Assembly (NCBI GenBank): GCA_043228905.1
Contig: JBHGNT010000013.1
Coordinates: 20,460,001-20,524,000 of the forward strand
Reading direction: 5' to 3'
Source: Azolla caroliniana
Lineage: Eukaryota > Plantae > Polypodiophyta
DNA: 64,000 bases
Shown here piece after piece: positions 26,101 to 38,489 of the stretch; the stretch's first letter is position 1; each line of letters starts with the position of its first letter. A program made the translations under genes and the position numbers. Below the pieces are notes generated by a model that had not been told where the DNA came from, did not search any database, and was given only the letters and a program-made list of their open reading frames with translations.

Positions 26101-27069
26101 TTGTTAAACTTTGACGTACTTTAAAATGTATGGGACATATAAATGATAAAGTCTTTCGATTTTACTTGTCACAAATCATTACAATGACATTCATGGATAT
26201 TATTGACCTTTAGCTCAAACTCAGATGTGTACAACAAAGGCGACATCTATTAATCTAGAATATATTATGGTTTTCGTAATTGGATTTTTATTGAGGTTAA
26301 TGTTGATAAGATATATAGGAAGTCATTGCACGTGTTTTGTTCCAAGACATAACAATATCCTACAACTTTGATGTGTTTGCAATAGAAATAAAAGTGTGTC
26401 GATATCCATTCCATAGTTCGTTAGGTTTTGTTAAGAGAATAGATTTCACAATTAAGCTTGATCTCAACTTATGACAATATATTGGTTGTGTGTTCTCTGG
26501 TGAATCCTCATAACTCCGATGCACTTAATATATACTTCACCCACATTCAATGGACAAGTGATTGCATTCCTAATTTACAAGTTTTGGTTTTGTTGATGGA
26601 GGACATTTTGAGCTTGAGGTTGAACTTAACCAATTTACAACAAGTCATTCAATGTCTTGTATTTGAGCCATGTTGAGGTGGATGGACATCAACCACTTGC
26701 ACTATAAAGTGGCAACAATCTCATATTGTATTGTGGTATTGTTAATCGATTCAATATCGTGCATGTGATTTGCCATCACTCGACCACAACAAGCCATTCA
26801 ATGTGACAGATGGAGGTGGACATCAACCACCCACAATGTGAATGTACATATGTTTCTTATATTTGCTATTTGTTTTATAGTCAACTACATTTTGTGACCT
26901 TAAGTAGTTGGGCCGAGACCTAGTCATTCGGAGTGTGATGCAAGAGACATGTCTCATGTGATGCCATGCCAAGGCGGTTTCTTGTTTTCTTGAGTGGTAG
27001 AAAAAAGATAAAATTAGGGAAATATGTTGATATTTTTGTTTCTCCATGGGTTTATGTAGCAATCGACAA

Positions 27070-27360
27070 TGGTGTGGTTTAAACCACACTGAACCGTGGA
27101 ACCACAACCTAATGATTTTAAGGGTTTGGTTCATGTTTCAATTTTTGTAGATGGTTCGGTTTGGGGAATCAACTATCAATCGGTTCATTTTGAGCCTTTA
27201 TTGGGGGCTTTAGGTTTGTGGCTTAATGGTTTCTAAATATCTAGAACCGTTTGGTTTGAGTTTTGGATTTTCTATAATGGTCCAATTTGAACGGTCTCAT
27301 GGTTGAGTTTAAGTTTCAACATTTTGAAATGGTTCGAGTTTGAGACTCCCGAACCAAATT
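27070..27360. mobile_element. AACC/GGTT-rich degenerate DNA-transposon subterminal-like region
   Basis: Clustered GAACCG/GGTTCG/GGTTTG motifs in both orientations. No clear TIR or TSD. Confidence 0.35.
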
Positions 27361-28166
27361 GTTTGTGATTGTTAGGTTAAAAAATGGAGTGGTGGAAGTT
27401 ATAAGCCCATTTGAGAAGAGTTTGGCAATGTTAAAAAAGTATTAAGTTGATTCAAATCAAGGTCTCTAGGATATATATGCTCTTACTTTTTGAGATCGGA
27501 TCACTTGCCATTGACATCATAGACATGGAGAGGGTCGAGGCATACATGCTTGAGGTTTTTAAAAAAAACCTCATATCGACATCTTTGAATTGCACGGAAA
27601 GCAAATAAAAGAAGTTCAAAAGACATGTAAAAATAAAACATTGAGTTCCAGATGGATGCAACATGTGAGGGAATGGGGTAAGGAAGATGGGATGTATTAC
27701 AATTGCTTGGTGATGCCTGTGTAGATCCCTTGGTGAATGAGATTTGTTTGGAAAGCATATGTATCATGGCTTGGGGAATACATACAATCACAATTTTCAT
27801 GCATTATATCACGTATGTTGCATCGTCTTCTTCTTCAAACACTTGAAGCCCCATCCATGTGGCCATAAGTCATGCACCATAACTTCCATTATTCGACTTT
27901 GGTTCTTTACTATGAGAGACAGAGTGGCAAGGAGATCAATTGGCTATGCAAATCCAAGAAGTATTGTAGGGAACTCCCACAATGCTCTCTATCTTCTGTT
28001 GTCACTCAACCTCCCAAAACGAAGACGCCACAAACTTCTGAACCCTAGCAAAGATCTCGACACGCAACTTCTCTCTTTCTAGTAGGGGTCAAAATGGGCA
28101 CTCTCTCGCCCGATCGAATGGCCCACAGAAACTAAGAAGAAAAACCTACAAAATTAATAAGCCAAA

Positions 28167-28273
28167 GTGTAGTGTCTCTTCCTTCATTAATAACCTAAGA
28201 GAAGAATGTGTGTGTGTGTGTGTGTAGTGTTTCTTCCTTCATTAATAACCTCAGAGAAGAATGTGTGTGTGTG
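28167..28273. repeat. 55-bp tandem duplication with (TG)n runs, upstream of the 28507 gene
   Basis: AGTGT(C/T)TCTTCCTTCATTAATAACCT(A/C)AGAGAAGAATGTGTGTG occurs twice. Confidence 0.85.
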
Positions 28274-28506
28274 TTAATCATCTCAGAGATCTGTCTCTCT
28301 CTCATTTCTTCTTCCTTCATTAATTTATTCCTCTTCTTCTCTGTCCTTCTCTTGCCCATCGCCATCGCCATCGCCAGCGAGGAAGGACCAGGTTTTCCCC
28401 ATAACAGCTCCACATTCACGCATAGAAGACATGTGTCTGTGAAAAGGAAAGGCCGCCATTTCTTCTCCTTCTCCCTCCCAAAGTGGCTGCTATAAGAGAG
28501 AATGGC

Positions 28507-31190
28507 ATGTTGTCTTCTTCTGCCAAATCCATACCTTCTTTTTCGTCTCCTTCCTCCTCCTCCTCCTCTCTCAGAATAGAAAGAAATTCACGCAGACATG
28601 ACTTCAGAAGTCGCTCAGAAGGAGATTTAAATGCATCTTTCACTAAAAGTGAAGATGATCTCAGTGAAAAATACCTTGTTAGGGTGTCATTTCCGGTTTC
28701 TTCTTCTTCTTCTTCTTCTTCCTGTTCTTTGCCAACCTTCAAGATCGACGAGACACAAGCAGAAATAGAAGGATTTATCATGGAAAATGATGATAATGAT
28801 GATGGAGACAGTGATGTAATTGAGGAATCCCACATCATTAAGGGTATCTCATCACACGGAAGCTTTCCATGGGATTTTGTTGTACCGAGAGTTGATTTGC
28901 CTGTATCAAAGATTGATCTGTGTCCGCGATTTGAACCAAGAGGAGATTCTTTTCGGGATAGATTTCCAAGTATAGTTTCATGTTTTGATCCGAAAAGGAA
29001 GAATGTTCGCTGGAGCGATAATGTTGGTGAAGAGCTTGTGCATGTCCTCGAGTTTGAAGTGAGGTATAATTTTTAAACTTAACATGTTCAAAATTTTAAG
29101 TTTGGTGTATAGTTACTGAACTAGAGTTTAATTATAATTAATTCTGACTTTGGGATCAAGTCGGTATTCAACTAGATTTGCTATACGTCATTGACTTTGA
29201 TTTGGTGTCAAGGCATTATTGAACTTAAGACATGTAGATTTGCATTATCATTGAGTTTAAATTGAAGCTGAGGTAGTGTTTAACTTATGACATTGTAGAT
29301 TTGCTTCATAAATGAGTTTGAATTGAGTTCAAGGTAGTATTGAGCTTGACATTGTGTTTCTGTTTTACTATTGAATTGCCACTGGTACCAATGAACTAAG
29401 TCAGTGTAGATCTGCTTCATAATCGAGTTTGATTTGAGGTCAAGGTATTGTTAAACTGGAGATAGGAGTTTTTCTTTGTAATTCAGTTTGAAATGAATTG
29501 AGGTATTATTGAATTTAATACGTTGTAGATTTTGCAGTATCACTGTGTGTGAATTAAGGTTAAAGTATTACTGAAGCTAGCATTGTAGAGTTTCCTTTAT
29601 CAATGAGTTTCATTTGACTTTGTAGTAGGTATTGAACTTGGTATTCTATTCATTGAACTCAAAGTTGAAATAGAGGTAGCATTTGAAATGGACATTGTAC
29701 AATGTAGATTTGTTTAATAATTCAGATTGAATTTGAGGGTAAGATATCTTTGTAGATTTACGCTATAATTAAATTGAAATCGAGGTCGAAACATGCTTGA
29801 GCGTGGCATTTTAAAAATCTGTTGTTTATACTTGCATCTGAAATTTGAACTGACGTCGAGTTGTTGAAATGGACATTGTGGATTTTGTCTATGATCTTGA
29901 TTCATTAAGCTTTGATTCGGAAATCTGTCCATTTTTTACTTCTGTTGATTTCCCTCATATGTATTAAGGATAAACGTTTGATGTTGGGCATGTTTTCAAA
30001 TGTTTCAGGTGCTATCTCTATTAGTTTGAATTGTGGTGAATATTGGCTACCAAATATTTGAAATATTGATGTTTCACATCATAGCCACATGTTACCGATG
30101 GTGTATGAGTTTTCTTTTTGAGAGGAGGTGCTAAAGGTGGCAATAAAAATTGAGATGCACATATAGCCCTTCTCTTGCTAGTTGACATGTGATTGCACTC
30201 TATCCCTCTATCCATAACAACTATATATTCTAAATAAAGAATCAAAATTAGTTAAAGAAAAATTTCGCATGCCATCAAGAGGTTTATGTGATTGTTTTGG
30301 GAAAGGATTAAGCTCATTTTGGATATGGCTGTAGATAAGAGGCTCCATATATAGGCATTTTTTCAATTTCATCTAGTGCTTGTTTCAAATTAGACTAGAG
30401 ATTTTGTTTATGTTTTCATTCTCATGTAAGTTATGCCCTGAATTTTGGTGGAGGGAAGTTAGAGGAAAACAAACATACAAAGGTTTTCCTGGTTCCATTT
30501 TCGATTACACTTGAAAGTTTGAGAGCATGGACATTTTAAAACTTTTGAGGTCCAGTCGGTTGCCTTATGGAAGCCAATTTAAAAGATCAGAGACTGCTAA
30601 ATTTTTTGATTGCATACAGACAAAACCTACGACCATGCTTCATATAATTTCATGCATAAAAAGCGTACTTTGATGATGCATTTTTACATTTTTTTTACAA
30701 GACTATATGCTAGGAACGCTCGTTGAATGATAAAAATAAAAACCATATGCACATGTCTGTATACTTCATCACGAATTGTAGGAATGGAAGTTCTGGGCTG
30801 ATCTCCTAACAATTTTTATGAACCATTTGACAGATGGTTATTATATGCATGTGCTGTAGAAGAGTTGCTTGAGTTTTTTTATTTTCTACAATCAAAGTTT
30901 TGGGTAATAAGCCTAATGTGACATTCTCATTTCCTAGATTAGCTAGAGTCCTAGTATGATCCCCCTTTGTTTGACTCTTTAATTGCTCTTATGTTCCATC
31001 ATAATTGTTTTTACTGAAATGTTTTGGTTTCTGAATGGAGAAATTTTTATCTGATGTGTTCATATGTGAATGTTTGTTGACTGATCCATATGTGTGCATT
31101 AACAGTGATGTTGATGACTCTGAAGACGATGAATACGATGAAGATGATACATATACATATTCTCATGCATGTACATGCAACATCCAATAG
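28507..31190 (+). CDS. Uncharacterised Ser-rich protein with RVxF/W-type PP1-docking motif and C-terminal CaaX box
   Basis: Exon 1 is 28507-29063 (first ATG after in-frame TAG at 28423) and ends KRKNVRWSDNVGEELVHVLEFEV at AG|GTATAA. Exon 2 is 31106-31190 (AACAG|) and encodes SDVDDSEDDEYDEDDTYTYSHACTCNIQ*. It resembles the plant family with KVQWxDxxGxELxEIREFE and a terminal CxCxIM/Q. Confidence 0.8.
29110..29900. repeat. Degenerate intronic tandem array, about 60-bp unit
   Basis: About 10 copies approximating TTGAACTT..GACATTGTAGATTTGC.T.AT.A.TGAGTTTGAATTGAG.TCAAGGTA.TA. Confidence 0.75.
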
Positions 31191-32479
31191 TGGTAACTTG
31201 AAGACCGAGCTTGGAGATCTGTAACAGTCCAAGTCAGTCATTTGATGGGATCCAATGTTACCATAAAGGGCATATATACAATGTTCTTTATCAAGTTTAC
31301 AATTGAGGTACCATCTACTGCTTAATTGCAAGAAATTTTCAAAACGTTGTGGCTAATGTGTGATATATGCGTTGGTAAAACAAAAGACACAAAATTTACC
31401 TTTATCCCTTCAACCCAGGCTCGGGAAAACAAAATATAACCAAGCTTTTGGTGTTGTATTGATGAAGAGTGCAATTGCGCTTTTCTGGCTAGCTTTTGTG
31501 TGATTCTTGTTTACACAGCTTTGAAACAAATCTGCAAAGAGTGGTTTATTAGGAAGGAAGGTTATTTGCCTTTCAGTTAATGGAAGGGCACAACAAGCAA
31601 TGTTTCAATTTCCATTGATCGGGGCTCATGTAAGCGAGCCGCAGATGAATATTGTTTGTATTTAGGTTTGTTTTGTTTGACGTAAGAATAAAACCCAAAT
31701 ACGATCCATCCAATCTTGAAAATGTGATTTGTATTCTTCAGATGATCATTTGGTTGTAAACTTAACCTTGACTGAGAAAAAAAAATTTGTGTTTGCATTG
31801 AGCTGGTTTTGTGCATCCAGTTTCTAGAAATGGTGATTGCATATAATTTATTACATGTGGCTAACAAAGGAAAGAGTTCATGCCCACTTCCTTGAAAAAT
31901 TACCATTTATTTCATTCTAACCACTGTACAGATTACAAATACTCTCCACAACATATGTAATTGGGTCTGTGCTGTCTATATTGATTGATCTTTGTTTTTA
32001 TTGCACCGAAGTTTGTAGCGTAAAGACTTGGGCCTTGGTGTCCTCCCTAATGGATCAAGGCTCTTGCGTTGCAATGAGGTAAGAAGGCATTGGTTTGGTA
32101 AAGTTGGAGTTTCTAAAGTAGTTGGTATATCAATCAATTTGTATTTTTTTTACCTTTCCTTTGGCTTGTGGTACTCAAACCTAGGGCATGAGTATTAGAA
32201 ATAACATTATGACGGCTTTACCGTACAAAGTAGCTTTGGATACCTTTGAAACTCCTAAAGCAAAGTGTTGATGTGCAATATTGTATGCAAAATCCTTCAC
32301 ATTAGGAACTTAATTTCAAACAAGAACCTTGCCTTATTGAGATTGATGTGTAAATTTTTATTATGGTCTTCATGGGTTAATATAAATTATGTGACCAATA
32401 TGCAATACTTTCACATAGTAAGTGGAGTTGATTGCGGATTCTTGATGTTTAATAATTTTAATAATGAATGCGACAATTA

Positions 32480-33200
32480 AGATCATGAAAAAGATGTGTA
32501 GGGATAGGTTTCGATGGAAAATGTGAAAAGTGGACTCAATTGTGATTAATGATGGATCACTGTAATAAATTGTGGTGTGCAGATTCATGTGTAGTCATCA
32601 AGAATTCTTGCATGTGCTCCTACCCGTCTCTCCCATCCAAGAGACTGTGAGAAATAAATAAAAACAGTGGAAACTTTCACCTTAGTGAAGTGGTTTCAAA
32701 GTGGTTTTGTGGTTGAACCTTATAAGATAATGTTTGAAATATGAATCTCCACACATATTTGAAGTCGTGATATATTGATGTTGCAAGAAGTTCAATTTCA
32801 TTAAGGAATCTATGAGGACATCATGAGCAAGTGCCATCCATCTTCCAAACTATTTACAAATGTCTTATGTCCATTAGAATCTCTAAAATTTACATGGCAT
32901 ATTCTCTTTTGAACTTCTTTAATTGATCCCCATGCAAATATAGAAATTTAATGTGAGATGTTCTTTTAACCTTAAGCATGTACTCAACAAACTTTTCCAT
33001 ACTCATTCTCCCAATGGGGAGGTTTTTAGTCTCAAGTAGGAGCATGTATGAGAATTGTACCTTGACATGCAAAAACTTCATAAGAAAACACGTTGGACAT
33101 TTATCCTAACTCTTTTTCTAAGAGGACTTAGAGATGCTACCATGCTATACATGAATTGAAGCATTTGCTATCAAGAGTAGGCAATAGATTTTATTGTCAA
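32480..33200 (-). mobile_element. Decayed copia gag-protease remnant (tentative)
   Basis: Minus-strand ITIESTFHIFHRN resembles the DSGASFHITPHR protease motif. A weak gag-like fragment lies upstream. Confidence 0.35.
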
Positions 33201-34327
33201 CAAAGGTCAAATATGATCTATGGACCAAAAGCAAAATCGTTTAATATACGATGTGTCACTAGTTGGCTATTCAAGAATTTTACTAATATATGATGCAATT
33301 GAGAGTACACTTTGTGATTGTGAAGGGAATGTGTGTAGGGAGTGGATGAGATTGATAATATGTGTGTCAAAGTCGAGAGGGAGATCTTTTTTTTTGTTCA
33401 TGCAAGACGAGATTGCAATATATGAGCTGGGAATTAACCCATGCCAAGAATCAAACTTGGGTTCTCCCAAATTTACGACTTTGATGCTACAAAGTAAACC
33501 ACTGAGCCCAAAAGCTAGAGACAAACTCATCGAGTACGATAATTACAATCCTCCTTGAAGTTGTCTTTACATATGCATGCGTTACTTTGATTGACATCTA
33601 CACATTCACATATTCAAAAAAGATACACGAGACTTATCTTAATGGTAGATTTTTTTGAGTTTATATGTGTGTACATACATAAATACATTATAAGCACTCC
33701 CTGAGGAAAACATGTTCTAGTATTGATGAATAATAACAAAAGGCTAGAGAGAGGATGGAAAAAGGACATTGAATTTCCAAGAATGTTGGAGATGAGAATG
33801 TACGACTTCTCAAGTTTAACACCCCGAATATTATATTGAATGATGTGAAACCCATGATGGTATTATTATGAGGTAGCACCTTGAAGACGTTTCAAAGCTA
33901 GTTAGTGAGCAACCATTGCTCGACCATATGCCGGTGTCTATTGGGACTCTAATGAAAGGGGTGATGAATTGTGTTGTGGTGCAGGAAAGTGGCGAGGTAA
34001 AACATCGTGTGCTGGCGAGAACTCTCAAGTCGACGAGTTGGCCGGCAGTCCCGAGTAGAGGAGTTACGATTTCGAGGCAGACAGGCGAAAACAATGCACC
34101 CGGCACCGCTGTCCTTCCTTCCTTCCTTCCTTGAAGGAATCTGCAACGGTTCGGTATCGGCTTAACCGGTTTGGACAGGCCTCCAATGTAAGTAAGTCAG
34201 TCATAGCACGCGGACACAGACAGACAGACAGACATTTATTTGTTGTTACACATGGGGCCAAATTACAAAACTATCCCCGTCATTCTCCTAATCCCTTCAG
34301 CGTGGCCGAACCCCACGTCAATGTTTC

Positions 34328-34410
34328 TAGGGTTTACTGATCTCAATCCCTCCCTTCTTCTTCTTCTTCTTCTTCTTCTTCTTCCTTTCTGCGTCTCGGC
34401 TCCTTCCACA
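34328..34410 (+). promoter_or_regulatory. Telo-box and pyrimidine-rich leader of RPS10
   Basis: TAGGGTTT near 34328 and a second copy in intron 1 near 34564. CT-rich/(CTT)n leader typical of plant ribosomal protein genes. Confidence 0.65.
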
Positions 34411-36756
34411 ATGGTAAGCTTTCTTTCCCTTTCTCTTCTTCCCTTTCCCTTCCTTCTCTTTTATGTGTTTTCTTTCTTCTGCTCCCCCCCCCCCCCCCCC
34501 ACCCTTTCCTCCCCTTAAACTATCTATTTTCATCGCCATTTCCTGCATTCAAGCACCTTGATTTAGGGTTTACCTGATCTGCGTGAAGCTTTTCTTGCTG
34601 CTCCACTTCCCGATCTAGTGTTTCCTTCATTTGTTCTCTTCCCATCCATACCCAATTATGTGTATGCTGACACGATTTCTTCCTTCGCATTCTCCGTCTT
34701 CGCTTTGAATCTGCGTCTGCAGTCACGCGTTCTTTCTTCAAATTCTCTGTTTTTCTTGAATCCCGTGTTTCTACCTCGTGCATTTGCTTAGTTTGGGGTT
34801 TAGTTCATATTCTTAGAAGCGATTCATTACTTTTTAAGTTCAGTTTCTTGATATTGATTCTATCTTAGCTGTGAGCTGAATTCCGCTCTCTCTTTGATGT
34901 GTTATCTTGAACTCGACAGTATTAAATCGATAAATTTTGGTTTATATCTATGTTCACATCTCCCTTTTCTAATCCTTGGCAGTTGATCCCTAAGAAGAAC
35001 AGAACCGAGGTCTACAAATATCTGTTCAAAGGTAATAATAATTTTTTGTCTGTATAATAAGTGCTCGTCTTCTATTGTATATTCGCAAGCAGGTAATCAT
35101 CTTCTTTCTCTAGTATGGTATCAGGTAGTCATGTTTTGTGTAGTCATAGTAAGATAATAATTTCGAGTATATACTAATGACTCAGATAATAATGTTGTTT
35201 GTATAAGTTATGGTTAGTTGTAATCATCTTGTTTGTATAGTGTCAGGAAATCACGTTGTTTGTATATTTATTGTCAGGTAATGACATTGTTTGTACAGTT
35301 ATTGTCAGGTAATGACATTGTTTGTACAGTTATTGTCATGTAATCACGGTGTTTGTATATTTGTAGTGTTGGGTTATCATGTTTTTTGAATTGATATGGC
35401 CAGGTAATTGTCGTGTCTGTGTACTCCATAGTCCAATTATTCATCTTGTTTGTGGAATTTATGCCACATATAAACTTACGTTAATGTCTCGTCTATAATT
35501 GACTTTGTTATAATCGAATCAGGACAGGTATAGTCTTCTTGTTTGTATTGCCAGAATCTGATAATGTACTCTAATTATGTATAAGCCATCATAATCTATC
35601 TAATTTCAACTTTTTTGTGTATCATTATGTAGAGGGAGTGCTTTATGCAAAGAAGGATTACAACCTTGCAAAGCATCCTGAGATTGATGTCCCCAACCTA
35701 CAAGTCATTAAGCTAATGCAAAGCTTCAAGTCCAAGGAGTATGTGAAAGAGAATTTTGCCTGGATGCACTATTACTGGTACCTTACTAATGATGGAATCG
35801 AGCATTTGAGAACTTACCTCAACCTTCCATCTGAAATCGTGCCTGCTACTTTGAAAAAGTCAGCGAGGCCCCCTGGTAGACCCACAGGTGGTCCCCCTGG
35901 TGATAGGCCCAGGTACTTATTTTTCATCAGGCAGTTTCATTGCCTTTTATAGTATGTAGCCTTTTACTTTGGATTTGTAGTTCTGAGCTTAGATGTTCTT
36001 CATCTGAAACATGCTCATTTTCTTTTTTCTAACATACCCCATCACTGAAGTGAATTTCTGTATGTATGCATTATGCTGTTAAGTATGAATGTGGATATGA
36101 ATGTATGCTTGGTGGAGAGATGTGTGAGGTTTTTAATGCACCTTTCATTGGAAAGAGTTGTCAGATGGGATATGGAATTTTGAAAGTGTAGTGATCTCAT
36201 ATCAAAGCTCATGGGTATGGTAATTGTTCTCTTTGCTGGATTTGTAACAGATTTTAAATGTACAACCTGGTACTGTTTTTTTAGTTGCCTCTGTTTATCC
36301 TTTTTTTGCTAAGATTTTAAGTTTATATTTATATTGCTTATGCAGAGGCCCACCTCGTTTTGAGGGTGACAGACCAAGGTTTGGGGACCGAGAAGGTTAT
36401 CGTGGAGGGCCGCCCCGAGGTCCAGGTGGTTTTGGTGACAAAGGTGGCGCACCAGAGGGGTTTCAACCGTCATTTCGGGTATCTGCATTAAACAATTTCA
36501 AGCTTAGAATTAGCATGCCTAGTATAAGTAGTTAAACTTGAGGTTATTGATTTTAACCTTTGTTTAGGGTATGCCTGCAACCCCAAATTATTAGCATTAG
36601 TGTAGTGTACAATATAATGTAAAGTTAGCATCATTATAAGGTTCTTATTGATAGGATTCTTTCTTTCTGTTCTAGGGACCTGGTGAAGGAAGCCGCCCAG
36701 CTTTTGGGCGCGGTGGAGGTGGGTTTGGTGGAGCTGCACCACCTGCCCTTCCGTGA
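34411..36756 (+). CDS. RPS10: 40S ribosomal protein eS10
   Basis: Exons 34411-34413 (ATG only), 34983-35031, 35633-35912, 36346-36478, 36676-36756. Protein [93 protein letters not shown] with an RGG-rich tail. Confidence 0.97.
35032..35560. repeat. About 31-bp degenerate tandem array in RPS10 intron 2
   Basis: Unit TGTCAGGTAATGACATTGTTTGTACAGTTAT. Two perfect adjacent copies near 35272-35333 and about a dozen diverged ones. Confidence 0.8.
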
Positions 36757-38489
36757 GAGTGTAGTTTTTGTTCGGTTTTGGGGAAACATCATTTTAATCG
36801 ACAAATTATTTAAAAATTCATTCATGCTTTTTGGTATAGAATGAATGAATTGAGAGATTGGATCTTCACGCTTCTTGTATCTGTTGAGGCTAGTTAGATT
36901 TGATTTGTATCTCGTCTATGTTTTCCTTGTTTTTACATTAAGCCAATTCAAATGAGCAAAAAAGTATGTTTTTAAGTGAATATGTTTTTGTTGATGCTCT
37001 CATAGACATGTGACCATTTTGTTGTGATAAATTCAGAGAGATCGATTGTTTGAGTGTTAACTAAATTTCTGAATGCACAACACTAACGTGCTAACTGCAA
37101 TTTGTCACATTATTGCAAGTCGGATTATATTATAATATCAAAGCTTGCTACAATCCTTCAGATGCTTTGTCTTCCATGTGCTGTGATAGCCATTGGAAGA
37201 AGATTTTATTACTGTTGAGAATTTCTTCTTGAAGAACAGTGGAAGATGATTATTCATGGATGATAAGATTGATATGGAAATGAGCTCTCCATGTGAAAAT
37301 AGAAGGGGCTTGCAACAGTCTCTTACATTTGGATATATACCTATTTGTATTATGTAACCAGCACATACATCTATGTAGGATTTGTAATCTCTCTCTCTAT
37401 CTTATATGGTATATTTAGATACTAAACAATATTCTATGCAAAACAATGGGGTGACATGCACTGCTACATGTGCGTGTCCATCTTGATATCTGTAACCTGA
37501 AACTTAGCTTCCTCATGGCTCCTCACTTGCATTCATGTTATTAGGTACAAAAGATGACAATTAGGTACAATCTCCCGCATTCGCCCAATTTTAGTTCACT
37601 TTCCATATATTGTCAATTCGGGCCACTCCCTACACACATTCCTCTCAATGATATGCACTCTAAATTCTGGACTCATTGAGTCATTACTCAATTTTGCTCC
37701 ACACATGTAAGTAATAATCACTTTTGGTTCCATGGCTCATATTTGAACTGAGGATAAAATCTTCATCTTTCCCTCTCCCTCTCACTCTTGCACTTTTCAT
37801 GAGATGAATGCTAATGGCTTAAACTCTAAGCCAAGTACTACTCTCCTTGTATTTGTTTGTAGTTTCGTCTAACTATTTGAGGTGTGGTTTTGCTCATTTG
37901 CATGTGCTTTACATGTCATTAGCTATTTGGTTTGACGATTAAGCTCCAATGAGGCATTACGTAGCTTCTTAGTTTAACTTCTCAAGAAAGGAGAGGAAGA
38001 GTTCGCATGAATCATAATATAAGAGTATTATTAGCTTGAGAGTGTTTGATGATCACACTTGCCCATTTGCCAACCAAAGGGTATAGAACGACATATAACT
38101 TTGGTAATGATAAAGAGCTTCGACCGAAGGGAAGACGATGTGCACTCGGTACAAAGCACCTAGAGATGGCATGTACATTGGCTTCTAGGAATATGAACAT
38201 TGTCATTGCGGTCTATCGGTAGGCTTGGCTCTACAATGCCACCAGGGTAGGTCCATTACGAACACATAGTGACAACTAGAAATGTTGACAAGTGTGGGCA
38301 CATAATTTAGTGAGAATAAGACATAGCTACAACACCTAGTTTAGGGAGAATATAAGACATAGTTACAACATTGCAAAGGAAAGCATGGATTCTGGCTATC
38401 GGAGACCAATTGAAGATGATACCAAATAACAAATCCATCACCATCTCCTCATTGTCCTGAAAGATGAGTTCCAAAAAACCTCTATCCCT

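Noticed and set aside
34484-34500. Poly-C run in RPS10 intron 1
   Set aside because: A simple homopolymer of uncertain length with no further support for function.
33916-34548. Overlapping short ORFs upstream of RPS10
   Set aside because: GC-richer promoter and low-complexity leader/intron sequence with no coding signature.
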